This document shows positions 20,573 to 29,416 of a stretch of 64,000 nt of DNA, in pieces. A program made the position numbers and the translations under genes. Under the pieces are notes generated by a model that saw only the letters and a program-made list of their open reading frames with translations, made no database searches and was not told where the DNA came from. How positions within the stretch are numbered: position 1 is the stretch's first letter; each line of letters begins with the position of its first letter. The stretch comes from a bacterium (lineage in GTDB: Bacteria; UBA8248): the NCBI GenBank assembly GCA_965221165.1, contig CBDCRP010000002.1, positions 1,056,001 to 1,120,000 of the forward strand, written 5' to 3'.

Positions 20573-20850
20573 TCAAGCGGAATGCGTCGACTGCGGGCTC
20601 ATCCCTTCGATGATTTCACTCACCCTGGCCCTGAGCCAGGATTCATCGATCGGATCCGCTCCCGAGCGACTCTCCTCCACGGCTCTCATCGCCTCGAATC
20701 GTACGTGCTGCCGTATGGCGGCGGGGATACCCTCCGTGACCCGGTTGAGGGCCACCTGCAACTCATCCGGCCAAAGCCGCTCGAACGCCTCCCGGCCGGC
20801 CCCGAACGAAAACGGACCCGCCGGCGACCCATCGTCATTCTCGGCGCAAA
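20573..20850 (-). pseudogene. Probable C-terminal remnant of hydantoinase B/oxoprolinase
   Basis: GPFSFGAGREAFERLWPDELQ resembles HyuB tails; collinear with the hyuA 5' fragment at 22365-22463. Confidence 0.45.
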
Positions 20851-20944
20851 GCTGCCGCCGGCGCTTGCCGGAGAACCCGGCCCCTTCCGACAAAACTTGC
20901 AAGTCCTTCCATCCCGGTTGGCCACCACCCGCGCCGCGCGCGCC

Positions 20945-21757
20945 TCACATGCCTTCGGTTCCGCCGTCGTCCACCGGCGCTTCGTAAAACGTGAAATCCT
21001 CCGCGTCGAGATCCGCGACGTCGACGTTCTCCAGCGTAATCGTACCGCCCTGGTGCGCGCTCAGGTCGATGACGGCGGCGCCGCCGTCGGCGGAGATGCT
21101 CAGATCCCCGAAACCGGTAATCCCGGTGATCGCGCTCAGATCGATGGTGTCCTCTCCGTCGGTGAAGTCGGTGATCGTGTCGTTTCCATGTCCGGCGCTG
21201 TATACGAAGGTGTCCGCGCCTTCGCCGCCCGTCATCGTGTCGTCACCCGCGCCACCCGATATGGTGTCGTCGCCCTCGTCGCCATGGAGCGTGTCGTCGC
21301 CTGCGCCGCCATAGATCGTATCGTCGCCCGCGCCGCCGGCGATCCAGTCTTCGCCTTCACCGCCCACGATCGTGTCGTCGACCGCGTCGGGGTCGTTTCC
21401 AGACTCCGACGCGCCGGTGGACTCTTCCTGGGGCTGGTTGAAAATGAAGTCGCTCGCGTCGAAGTCCTCCAGGGAGACCCCCGATAGGTACAGCCGCCCC
21501 CCTCCATGATCGGCGAGGTCGATGATCACCCCGGAACCATCCGCCGCCTCTTGGATGTCCAGTTGGTCGAAACTCGTGATGCCCGGACGGTTCCTGCTGA
21601 AATCTATCTTGTCCTCTCCGTCCGTGAAGTTGGCGAGCTCGATGTCCATGGCCGCGACGCCGATGTGGTAGATTTCCGCTCCCTCCATCCCCGTCAACGT
21701 GTGCTCTACGGGTATGTCATTCCACCAGGCGTCGCCTACATTTTCATTATCCGCCAT
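20945..21757 (-). CDS. Hemolysin-type (RTX) Ca-binding repeat protein with T1SS-like C-terminus
   Basis: GGAGDDTI/L nonapeptides, two FTDGEDxID modules; AAGGAG RBS. Confidence 0.85.
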   Translation of the reverse strand: MADNENVGDAWWNDIPVEHTLTGMEGAEIYHIGVAAMDIELANFTDGEDKIDFSRNRPGITSFDQLDIQEAADGSGVIIDLADHGGGRLYLSGVSLEDFDASDFIFNQPQEESTGASESGNDPDAVDDTIVGGEGEDWIAGGAGDDTIYGGAGDDTLHGDEGDDTISGGAGDDTMTGGEGADTFVYSAGHGNDTITDFTDGEDTIDLSAITGITGFGDLSISADGGAAVIDLSAHQGGTITLENVDVADLDAEDFTFYEAPVDDGGTEGM

Positions 21758-21769
21758 GTCGTCTCTCCT

Positions 21770-22147
21770 TTATTTCAGGCCGCAAAAGTAATTTTGTTCG
21801 CAAGAGCGCAGCGCCGCTCTCGCCCATATCACCGCAGGCGCGCCGCCAAAAAGATCGTCGTCGCCGGCCTCGTCGGAGTCCAGATTGTCGCCCACCAGCG
21901 TATCGTCGCCCGCGCCGCCAAAGAGCCAGTCGTCGCCCGAGCCCCCGTGGAGCACGTCGTCTCCGGCATCGCCCGAGAGCAAGTCGTCGCCCGAGCCGCC
22001 GTAGATGACGTCGTCGCCGATCCCGCCGCTGATACGGTCGTGACCGCCGAGACCGTCGATGCGGTTGTCGATGTTCCCTCCCTGCAGGTGGTCGTCGTCT
22101 TCGGCGCCGGTAATCCTGCCTTCCTCGGGAGTGTTTTCCTCGGTCAT
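21770..22147 (-). CDS. RTX Ca-binding repeat protein, apparently 3'-truncated
   Basis: GGxGDD repeats end abruptly in unrelated residues (PAVIWARAALR...). Confidence 0.7.
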   Translation of the reverse strand: MTEENTPEEGRITGAEDDDHLQGGNIDNRIDGLGGHDRISGGIGDDVIYGGSGDDLLSGDAGDDVLHGGSGDDWLFGGAGDDTLVGDNLDSDEAGDDDLFGGAPAVIWARAALRSCEQNYFCGLK

Positions 22148-22364
22148 GATCGCCTTTCCCTATTCAGGAACTGGCCGGATTTCCAGGCCGCCATGGTAGT
22201 CCTCAGTGACCCGGCCGTGAGGGGCGCCCTCTCGCCCGAAACGGATGACGAGTCAAAACCCGACAACTCACCGACAAGGTCTTTTCAAAATTTACTACTA
22301 CGGCGAAACGCGCGTCAAGATGAAATTTTTGGGGGCGTCGGTGTGTGGGTCGGTGCGAGAGGAT

Positions 22365-22463
22365 GAGAACCTTGTAGACGCCGACCCGGCCCGTCGACTC
22401 CTCCACCAGGGCGATGTCCGTAAAGGTGCCTCCGACGTCCACGCCGACCCGCCAGCCGCTCAA
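22365..22463 (-). pseudogene. 5' fragment of hydantoinase A/oxoprolinase
   Basis: GGAGG RBS, then MSGWRVGVDVGGTFTDIALV...YKVL; homology lost after about 33 codons. Confidence 0.8.
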
Positions 22464-22901
22464 TGGCGCCTCCCTCTTACGTCATGGCCGGGAACCCCCG
22501 AATTCGGGCCGCCCGTTCGGCCTTCCCGGACAATCCCGATCCCCTGCCGGATCAGTGGGCGGGTAATCCTGGCACTCCTGTCTTCAGGATTACGCGCGCG
22601 TTCAAACGCTGAATCCCGCCGGATGACGCGGCAGTATATGCCATACCCGGCCCGGCAGATATGGAAAAATTCGTCGTGAAAACTCTGCGTCTCGCCCTTC
22701 TCATAAGCCGCCCCCCCCCAACTGCGGGCGAAGCGTGCCGGGCGGACGCGCATCTCGTTCCAGGAGAGGCGCACGTCTAGCCTACGCCCAAGCCGGGCTG
22801 CGTGGCGGTTCGGGGGGTATGCTGAAGTGGCTTTTTTCTCGTGGCTTTCATGGGATGAGAATATCGCACATTTTGGGGCGCAATTCCTCCCTCCCCGCAG
22901 A

Positions 22902-23275
22902 CAATCCCTCCTCCCGTAGGTCGGACACACGGGTCCGCCCTTACAACAAAACATCCCCCCGTCGACAAGATAAGGGCGTAGGCCCGTAGGGACAGGCCCC
23001 CGTGCCTGTCCTGGCCAGAGACAACCATAGTGGCCGGACAACCACGGGGGGTTGTCCCTACAACACCTCGGGGTCGTCCTGTTCGGCTCGTTTCATGTTT
23101 TGGGCGGGCACAGGGGTCTGTGGGGCGGCCCCCAAGAGGGTCCGCCCCTGAGCAATCCCTCCTCCCGTAGGGGTTGCATACATGCGACCCGTGTCCTACG
23201 GGCGAAAGGCCGGGACGCATATATGCGTCCCCTACGGGTAATCCCCTGCCGTGGGGCGGACATACGGGCTTGCGG
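22902..23275. repeat. Cluster of GTAG-type REP/REPIN palindromes of several sequence types
   Basis: GTAGG...CCTAC-bounded hairpins; 19-bp direct repeat CAATCCCTCCTCCCGTAGG at 22902 and 23153; GGGACGCATATATGCGTCCCCTAC at 23212 is identical to 47898. Confidence 0.8.
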
Positions 23276-23370
23276 GCGGGGGCGCTTTCAAGAGAGCATG
23301 AGAGGGGACGCGAGCGGGCGCCGTGAGGGGAATTGCGGGCGAAATCCGCGCGCTAAAAGGCTCTCGATAA

Positions 23371-23460
23371 TATGTGAAAAGTGGTGAAAAAAGGAGAAAA
23401 ATCCTGAAAAACAGTGAAAATATCTGAAAATTTAAACTATTGATAATAAAGGCGTTATTT
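23371..23460. repeat. Six 10-bp-phased wGAAAA units followed by an IHF-like box
   Basis: wGAAAA at 23375, 23385, 23395, 23405, 23415 and 23425, then AACTATTGATAATAAAGGCGTTAT. Confidence 0.8.
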
Positions 23461-23555
23461 GAAAAAAGAGAGGGTTTTGGACTTAACGGGGGACAGACTC
23501 CTGGTTCCGGGCGCAGTCGTGGGTACGCTGAACGCGGAGCGGGCGCGGCCGGGGC

Positions 23556-24458
23556 CTACGGATTGGGCTCTATTCTCGAGGGCAGGCCCCCCATCTCGCG
23601 CAGCACCTCGTAGAAGGCGACGGTGTCTTCTTCCGCATAACCCCGCTCATAGGCCATCTGCACCACCTGGGACCAGAGGTTCGTCATCAGCATGGGCGAG
23701 CCGTGGAGCCGGCCTTGCTCGAGCATGAGGCGAGAATCCTTGAGGGATGTCTTCACCTGACCCTGTTTCGAGTAATCCGCGTGAATCATCTTGGGGCCTT
23801 TGTCTATCATCGTCTTGGAGGAGCAAGCCCCGTCCTGGAGCACCTCCAGGAGGGTGTCCATCTCGAGACCGACCTTCGATCCGAGCAGCAGCCCCTCGGC
23901 CAGGGCGAGCCGGTTGCCCGCCAGGATCATGTTGATGACCAGCTTCGTCCGCGCGCCCGAGCCCACCGGCCCCATATAGTAGGCCGCCCGGCTGAAACCG
24001 GCGAAAACAGTGCGGCAGGCGTCGAAATCCTCCGCCTCACCGCCTGCGATGACCACCAGATCCTTCACGACCGCCATCGTGCTCGTCCCGCTCACGGCGG
24101 AATCGAGAAAACGGATTCCCCGCTCATTCAAATCCCCGGCGAGACGAACCGAATCCTCAGGACGCGAGGTCGTCGTATCGAGATGGTAGAGGCCCTCTTT
24201 CGCGCCCTCGGCGACCCCGCCGGGGCCTAAAGTCGCCTCGCGCGCGACGTCGCTGGTGGGCAAAGAGGTGATGACGAAGTTCACGCCTCTGGCGGCGGCG
24301 GCGGGCGTTTCGGCGGGATGGCCGCCTTTTTCGCGCAGATCGTCCATGCGCGCGGGGTCCACGTCGAAGCCCTGCACCTCGAAGCCCGTCTCGCGCATGT
24401 TCTTGATGAACGCCTGGCCCATCAGCCCCATGCCCACGATACCCACACGTTGCGACAT
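23556..24458 (-). CDS. NAD(P)-dependent beta-hydroxyacid dehydrogenase (3-hydroxyisobutyrate/6PGD family)
   Basis: GMGLMG, DTTT, FLDSAVSG, GSGARTKLVIN. Confidence 0.9.
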   Translation of the reverse strand: MSQRVGIVGMGLMGQAFIKNMRETGFEVQGFDVDPARMDDLREKGGHPAETPAAAARGVNFVITSLPTSDVAREATLGPGGVAEGAKEGLYHLDTTTSRPEDSVRLAGDLNERGIRFLDSAVSGTSTMAVVKDLVVIAGGEAEDFDACRTVFAGFSRAAYYMGPVGSGARTKLVINMILAGNRLALAEGLLLGSKVGLEMDTLLEVLQDGACSSKTMIDKGPKMIHADYSKQGQVKTSLKDSRLMLEQGRLHGSPMLMTNLWSQVVQMAYERGYAEEDTVAFYEVLREMGGLPSRIEPNP

Positions 24459-24613
24459 ACCCTTTTCTCCTTTCACGGCGATGAATTTCGTTTGGTTTTA
24501 AGACGTTCCCGCCCCGAGAACAAGCAGCACAGGCCTCGCCGAGCGTTCTCGCGCCGCACAAAACCCCCGGACCACGCTTTCAGAACCATCCCAAGCCGTT
24601 GTATCCTTCTCCC

Positions 24614-24710
24614 GGGAGCGCATCGGTGCTGGTGTGCCGCCTGGACTTCAAATCCAGTGGACGGGGCTAATCACTTCGTCGGTGGGTTCGACTCCCACGC
24701 GTTCCCGCCA
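24614..24710 (+). tRNA. selC: tRNA-Sec (anticodon UCA)
   Basis: 8-bp acceptor stem GGGAGCGC/GCGTTCCC, anticodon arm CTGGA-CTTCAAA-TCCAG, long variable arm, GGTTCGACTCC T-arm, G discriminator, encoded CCA, 97 nt. Confidence 0.95.
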
Positions 24711-24729
24711 GTTTTTGGCCTCAAAAACA

Positions 24730-25473
24730 TCACACAATCGTCAAACCACCGTCGAGCACCAGAACCTGGCCCGTCATGTAGGATGAGCGGGGCGTCACCA
24801 GATACTCCATCGCGTCCAGCACTTCATCGACCCGCCCGAACCTGCCCATGGGGGATTTGCGGTAGCGCTCCGCCATGTTGTCGGGGTCGCCGTCTCCCTG
24901 CCCTTCTCTGAGCTTCGTCAGCACGGGACCCGCCGCTATGGCGTTCACGCGGATATTCGAATCCGCCAGTTCGACGGCCAGCGCGCGCGTGAGGCCCTCC
25001 ACTCCGCCCTTCACTCCGACGTACACCACACGCTCCTTGGCCGGCGTGTGCGCGTAGAAACTCGACATGTTGACAATGGCACCGCCGCCCCGTTTTTTCA
25101 TCTCAACGGCCGCACGCTTCGCGCACAGGATGTTGCCCTTGAGCCCCACGGCCAGCGCCAGGTCAATCGTGGCCTCCTCGACTTCCTCCAGAGGGCCGTT
25201 CCCCCGAATCACGGCGCAATTGATCAGAATATCCACGCCGCCGAATTTCCCTACCGCCGCGTCGAAAGCGCTTTCAACACCCTGCGCATTGGAGATATCC
25301 GCCTGCACGCCGAGAATGGAACCGGCTGCTTCCTCCTCGAGTCGCCGTAGTCCATCTTCTTGCATGTCCACGGCCGCCACATGCGCGCCTAGACTCAAGA
25401 ACCGGCGCGCGGCTTCCGCACCGATTCCCCGGGCAGCACCCGTGATGACGAAAATTTTCCCGTTCAGTTCCAT
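24730..25473 (-). CDS. SDR family oxidoreductase
   Basis: TGAARGIG, NMSS, YVGVK. Confidence 0.9.
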   Translation of the reverse strand: MELNGKIFVITGAARGIGAEAARRFLSLGAHVAAVDMQEDGLRRLEEEAAGSILGVQADISNAQGVESAFDAAVGKFGGVDILINCAVIRGNGPLEEVEEATIDLALAVGLKGNILCAKRAAVEMKKRGGGAIVNMSSFYAHTPAKERVVYVGVKGGVEGLTRALAVELADSNIRVNAIAAGPVLTKLREGQGDGDPDNMAERYRKSPMGRFGRVDEVLDAMEYLVTPRSSYMTGQVLVLDGGLTIV

Positions 25474-25519
25474 AGTGGTCTTTCCACTCACCGGCCAACG
25501 AGAGGCGCAAGGTTCCCGC

Positions 25520-26566
25520 TCACAACGAGAGCACCCCCTCGCCTCGTGCAATTTCCAGCCGTGTTCCCAGCTTCGCAGAGAGCGATTCGAGGTTGGTGAG
25601 GATTTCCGCCGATTTGGGCTCCTCCTCGGCGAGAATACGCGGGCTGCCGTCCTCTTCGATCAAAACGGGCGCAAAAGCCACCCGGCTGAGCGCTCCTCCC
25701 CTAAGGGTTATTTTCAGGCAAATCGACTCGCGCGCGGTGGGCATGAACATCGGGTGGTCATGATCGAGAACGAAATTGCCCAAAGCATAAAAAACAGGCC
25801 GGCCGCGATAGACCTCGATTCCTTGCAGAATGTGGGGATGATGACCGACGACGACGTCCACCCCCGATTCGACGGCCGCATGCGCAGCGGCTTGCTGGGA
25901 AAGCGTGAGCGTACGGCTCTGGCTCGCGCCCCAGTGGAACGAGGCTAAAAGAAAATCGACTCTCGGACGCGCACGTTCGATATCGGCGGCCATCGCCTCC
26001 ATGTCCTCTTCATTCACGTAAGGGGGGCCATAGAGCGCATCCTGCCGGATGGGCGCGACGCCCGGCTTCGTGGGGCCTGCCCCCCAGCCCAACGGCAGTT
26101 CGAGAACGTAGGATAAAAACCCGTATCGTACGCCTTTTCGCTCCATAACGGCGGGCGTTCGCGCTTCCTGGATATTTCGGCCCGCTCCCGAATATGCGAT
26201 TCCGTTTCGCTCGAGCAATTCCATCGTCTCGACGAACGGTTCGACCCCGTAGTCCATGCAGTGGTTGCTGGCGAACGCCAATACGTCGAAGCCTCCTTCG
26301 AGATATCCCCGAATCATGTCCGGGCTGTGGCGCATCACGATTTTCCTGCTCGCGGGTTCCCCCAGATGAGACATCGACGCCTCGAGTCCACCGAAGCGCA
26401 GATCGGCCGCATCCAGAAAAGAGGCGACCTTCGAGAAAGTATTTTTCGGCTCGGAGCGATCGATTTCCATGTCGCCCACTACGATGAGCGTAGATTCGCC
26501 ATCCGCTAAATCTTGTGCTTCACCCGGCAACGGCCACCCCCATTCTTGATGTATCGCGCATTCCAC
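25520..26566 (-). CDS. CapA family metallophosphatase
   Basis: VGD, ASNHCMDYG, HWG, GHHPH, YALGNF. Confidence 0.88.
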   Translation of the reverse strand: MECAIHQEWGWPLPGEAQDLADGESTLIVVGDMEIDRSEPKNTFSKVASFLDAADLRFGGLEASMSHLGEPASRKIVMRHSPDMIRGYLEGGFDVLAFASNHCMDYGVEPFVETMELLERNGIAYSGAGRNIQEARTPAVMERKGVRYGFLSYVLELPLGWGAGPTKPGVAPIRQDALYGPPYVNEEDMEAMAADIERARPRVDFLLASFHWGASQSRTLTLSQQAAAHAAVESGVDVVVGHHPHILQGIEVYRGRPVFYALGNFVLDHDHPMFMPTARESICLKITLRGGALSRVAFAPVLIEEDGSPRILAEEEPKSAEILTNLESLSAKLGTRLEIARGEGVLSL

Positions 26567-26654
26567 CTCTGATCAATTCAGAACGGACGCAACAGTTTCC
26601 TCTCACTCGCGGGCGCGTCCCATCTATCAGATGAGAAAGCCCGGGTGAATTCTT

Positions 26655-27566
26655 CTATTTTTTGTTCTCTCGATCGAGGTACGACAAATAAACCGCCGCG
26701 CTGTCCAACTCTCCATGGCCTGCGCGCGCGCCTTCTCTGAAAAGCGGCGCGCATGCGTTGCCTACCGGCGTCACGGCACTGTGTCTCCTAGCCAGTCTGA
26801 GACCAAGCCCGATGTCCTTCAAGATGACGTTCAAAGTGCTCCGGGGACGGCGAAACCGACCCCGCACCATGTAGCCGCCGTGGCCATGGAACATACTTGA
26901 GTCGCCCGCGCGGCTTCTCTTGAGCGTGTCGAACAAAAAATCTTTCCCGAATCCGCTGCGTATGCCCAGCCGGAGGCCTTCGGCGATGACGCAACGCCCC
27001 ATGGAGGTCATGTAGTTCACGACCACTTTCATCGCGGCCCCGGAGCCGGAAGGTCCGCAGTATTTCTGGTCGGATAGCATCGTCTCCAAAAGTGGTGACA
27101 CCTTCTCGTAGGCTTTCCTGTTCCCGCCCACGAGAAACAAGCCTTCCCGCGCGGCCACGTAGTCGCTGTTGCCGCTTACGCACGCATCCAGGTAGGGAAT
27201 TCCCTTTCCCCGGCACAGTTCTGCGTGTTTTTTCGAGTCCTCCGGATCCGACGTCGTCGTGTCGAGCACGACTTCGGGCGCGAATTCGGGCTCGCAGGCC
27301 AGATAACCGTTTTTCCCCCGCGCGGTCTTGAGGGATATTTTCGAATTGGGAACGGAGATGAACACCACCTCGGCGGCTTCGGCCACGGCGCGCGGCGTTT
27401 CGAGGGCGCTTCCTCCCAGTCGCCTGAATTTCCGCATCGCTCCCGACTGCACGTCCGTTCCCACGAGGCGATGCCCGTCTGCGATGAGGTTTTTTGAAAA
27501 CGCCTGGCCCATGAGGCCCAGGCCGATGAAGCCGATGGTTTTTTTCGGGTTCTTTTTATTGGACAT
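26655..27566 (-). CDS. NAD(P)-dependent beta-hydroxyacid dehydrogenase
   Basis: GLGLMG, DACVSG, GSGAAMKVVVN; paralog of 23556..24458. Confidence 0.9.
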   Translation of the reverse strand: MSNKKNPKKTIGFIGLGLMGQAFSKNLIADGHRLVGTDVQSGAMRKFRRLGGSALETPRAVAEAAEVVFISVPNSKISLKTARGKNGYLACEPEFAPEVVLDTTTSDPEDSKKHAELCRGKGIPYLDACVSGNSDYVAAREGLFLVGGNRKAYEKVSPLLETMLSDQKYCGPSGSGAAMKVVVNYMTSMGRCVIAEGLRLGIRSGFGKDFLFDTLKRSRAGDSSMFHGHGGYMVRGRFRRPRSTLNVILKDIGLGLRLARRHSAVTPVGNACAPLFREGARAGHGELDSAAVYLSYLDRENKK

Positions 27567-27622
27567 CTTGCCCTCCCTTCGAGCGGAAAAATGAAGAAGC
27601 GGGCAGCGGGAGATGCGAGGCT

Positions 27623-28366
27623 CTATTGGCTCACGAGTTCCACGCTGTATCGATGCTGATCTCCGCGATAATAGATTTGGGAGAATTCGACAGGCTCGCC
27701 GCTTTTGCTGTAGACGAAGGTTTCCACGTATAAAACCGGCGCCAGAACGCCGATGGAAAGATGGCCTGCGACGTCACTCTCGGCGACGCGTGCTTCGAAC
27801 GTCTGTTGTATCTTGCCCAGCGGTATACGCAGTCGACTTTTGATGATGTGGAGCATACTGCGGGTGCGAATATCCTCATGCGGGATATTTTTGGCGAGTT
27901 TTTGGGGCAAATAATTCATCACATAACAAAGGGGCGTTTTCTCCGTCATCCTCAGGCGCTGAACCCTGGTCAACATTTCTCCGTGGCCCAGGCCGAAGAA
28001 TTTCTCCAATCGGGACGAAGCGTCCACATCCTGAATCGAGATAACGCGCATGTTCTCACCGCCGGCGGCCTCTTCCCAGATGGCCCCGGTGAGTTGAATC
28101 ATTTTCGATTTCACGCCCGCGCTGTTGACGAACGTGCCTTTTCGACGTTCGCGCGTCACGAGCCCTTCTTTCTCCAGTATGGAAAGCGCTTGTCGAAGGG
28201 TGACCCGGCTGACGCCGAAATGTTTGGAAAGGTCCAGTTCTTTCGGGAGCTTCATGCCCGAAATCAACTCCCCATTTTCGATTTTTCCGCGCAAAAGATT
28301 GGCGATCTGATAGTAGTAGGGGATGAATTCGTTCGAGAACGGTTTTTCCGCAATCAATTCCCGCAT
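27623..28366 (-). CDS. GntR/HutC-family regulator with UTRA domain
   Basis: PYYYQI...LPKE.DL...FGVSRVTLRQAL...KGTFV; C-terminal YRGD. Confidence 0.92.
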   Translation of the reverse strand: MRELIAEKPFSNEFIPYYYQIANLLRGKIENGELISGMKLPKELDLSKHFGVSRVTLRQALSILEKEGLVTRERRKGTFVNSAGVKSKMIQLTGAIWEEAAGGENMRVISIQDVDASSRLEKFFGLGHGEMLTRVQRLRMTEKTPLCYVMNYLPQKLAKNIPHEDIRTRSMLHIIKSRLRIPLGKIQQTFEARVAESDVAGHLSIGVLAPVLYVETFVYSKSGEPVEFSQIYYRGDQHRYSVELVSQ

Positions 28367-28488
28367 TTTTTTCTCGCCTTCAAAATCTACAAGAATCGTT
28401 GAATCCTGATGAAATTCAGAACACTACTAGACTCGAGTCTCACATATTGCAACTTCGTTGAAAACGGCCCTCTTCAGCAAAATAAAAC

Positions 28489-28524
28489 TTGCGATTCCTA
28501 ATGGTATTAAATATAATACCATTA
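28489..28524 (+). promoter_or_regulatory. Sigma70 promoter overlapped by an 11-bp inverted repeat (candidate GntR operator)
   Basis: TTGCGA (28489) N17 TATAAT (28512); TAATGGTATTA-AATA-TAATACCATTA at 28499-28524. Confidence 0.8.
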
Positions 28525-28636
28525 TTCAAGGATTAATTTGAGCGATTCTTCCGCATCGAGATTTTAAAAAGCGGAAACTATTTTCGTTGATTTTGAGGAT
28601 TCATACTTTTTCGTTCACTTTTGGGGTGAGTTCTGA

Positions 28637-29389
28637 ATGAAGCTCGAAGGACGCGCCGCGCTCGTCACCGGAGCCACGCGAGGCATCGGCAAAGCCATCG
28701 CCTTCGCATTGGCGCGCGCAGGGGCCACCGTCGCCGTGCATTACCACGCGGGCGAAGCGGCGGCGCAAGGGATAGTGGAAGACATTCGCAATGAAGGCGG
28801 CAGGGCCTTGAGCGTCCAGGCCGACGTGAGCCGGCGCGACGAGGTGGAGCGCATGTTCGGGGAATGTGAAAAGGAGATGGGAGGCGTCGATATCCTCGTC
28901 AACAACGCGCGGCAACTGGTGAAGGGCAGAGCCTTCCTGGAGATGAACTGGGAGGAGGATTACGACCCGCAGATTCAGGTGATGCTCAAAGGCGCTTTCC
29001 ATTGTTGTCAGGCAGTGCTGCCGGGCATGCGCGATAGAGGCCGGGGCCGCATCGTCAACGTTTTGTCCACCGTCCTGGGCGAGAAGCGCCCGCGCACGAA
29101 TTCCTACGGGGCGGTCAAATCCGCCCTATTGTATTTCTCGCAAAACCTGGCCGCGGAGATGGGCCCCTACGGCGTCACGGTCAACATGGTCTCCCCCGGC
29201 CTCACCGAAACGGAGCGGCCCATCCTCCATTCGGATGATTATCAAAGAGAATATATCGACACCATTCCGATGAAGCGCCTGGGGCGCTCGGAAGACGTCG
29301 CTGGCGCCGTGGTGTTTTTTTGCAGTGATGAGGCCGCCTATGTCACCGGCGTCAACATGGCCGTCTCGGGCGGTAAGGTGATCTTTTAA
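28637..29389 (+). CDS. SDR family oxidoreductase (FabG-like)
   Basis: TGATRGIG, NNA, YGAVK. Confidence 0.9.
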   Translation: MKLEGRAALVTGATRGIGKAIAFALARAGATVAVHYHAGEAAAQGIVEDIRNEGGRALSVQADVSRRDEVERMFGECEKEMGGVDILVNNARQLVKGRAFLEMNWEEDYDPQIQVMLKGAFHCCQAVLPGMRDRGRGRIVNVLSTVLGEKRPRTNSYGAVKSALLYFSQNLAAEMGPYGVTVNMVSPGLTETERPILHSDDYQREYIDTIPMKRLGRSEDVAGAVVFFCSDEAAYVTGVNMAVSGGKVIF

Positions 29390-29416
29390 CGACCCGCAAC
29401 CCGGAGGAAACGAAAG

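Noticed and set aside
22460-23041. 193-aa ORF upstream of the hyuA fragment
   Set aside because: Runs through REP DNA; may include decayed coding sequence but no family is recognisable
22902-23275. CRISPR array or integron attC cassette array
   Set aside because: Units differ in sequence and are GTAG/CTAC-bounded hairpins; no constant repeat, cassette ORFs or integrase
23371-23460. Replication origin
   Set aside because: No DnaA boxes or replication genes nearby, and the element recurs at 62021
24614-24760. Genomic island integrated at selC
   Set aside because: No integrase and no duplicated tRNA 3' end seen in the window
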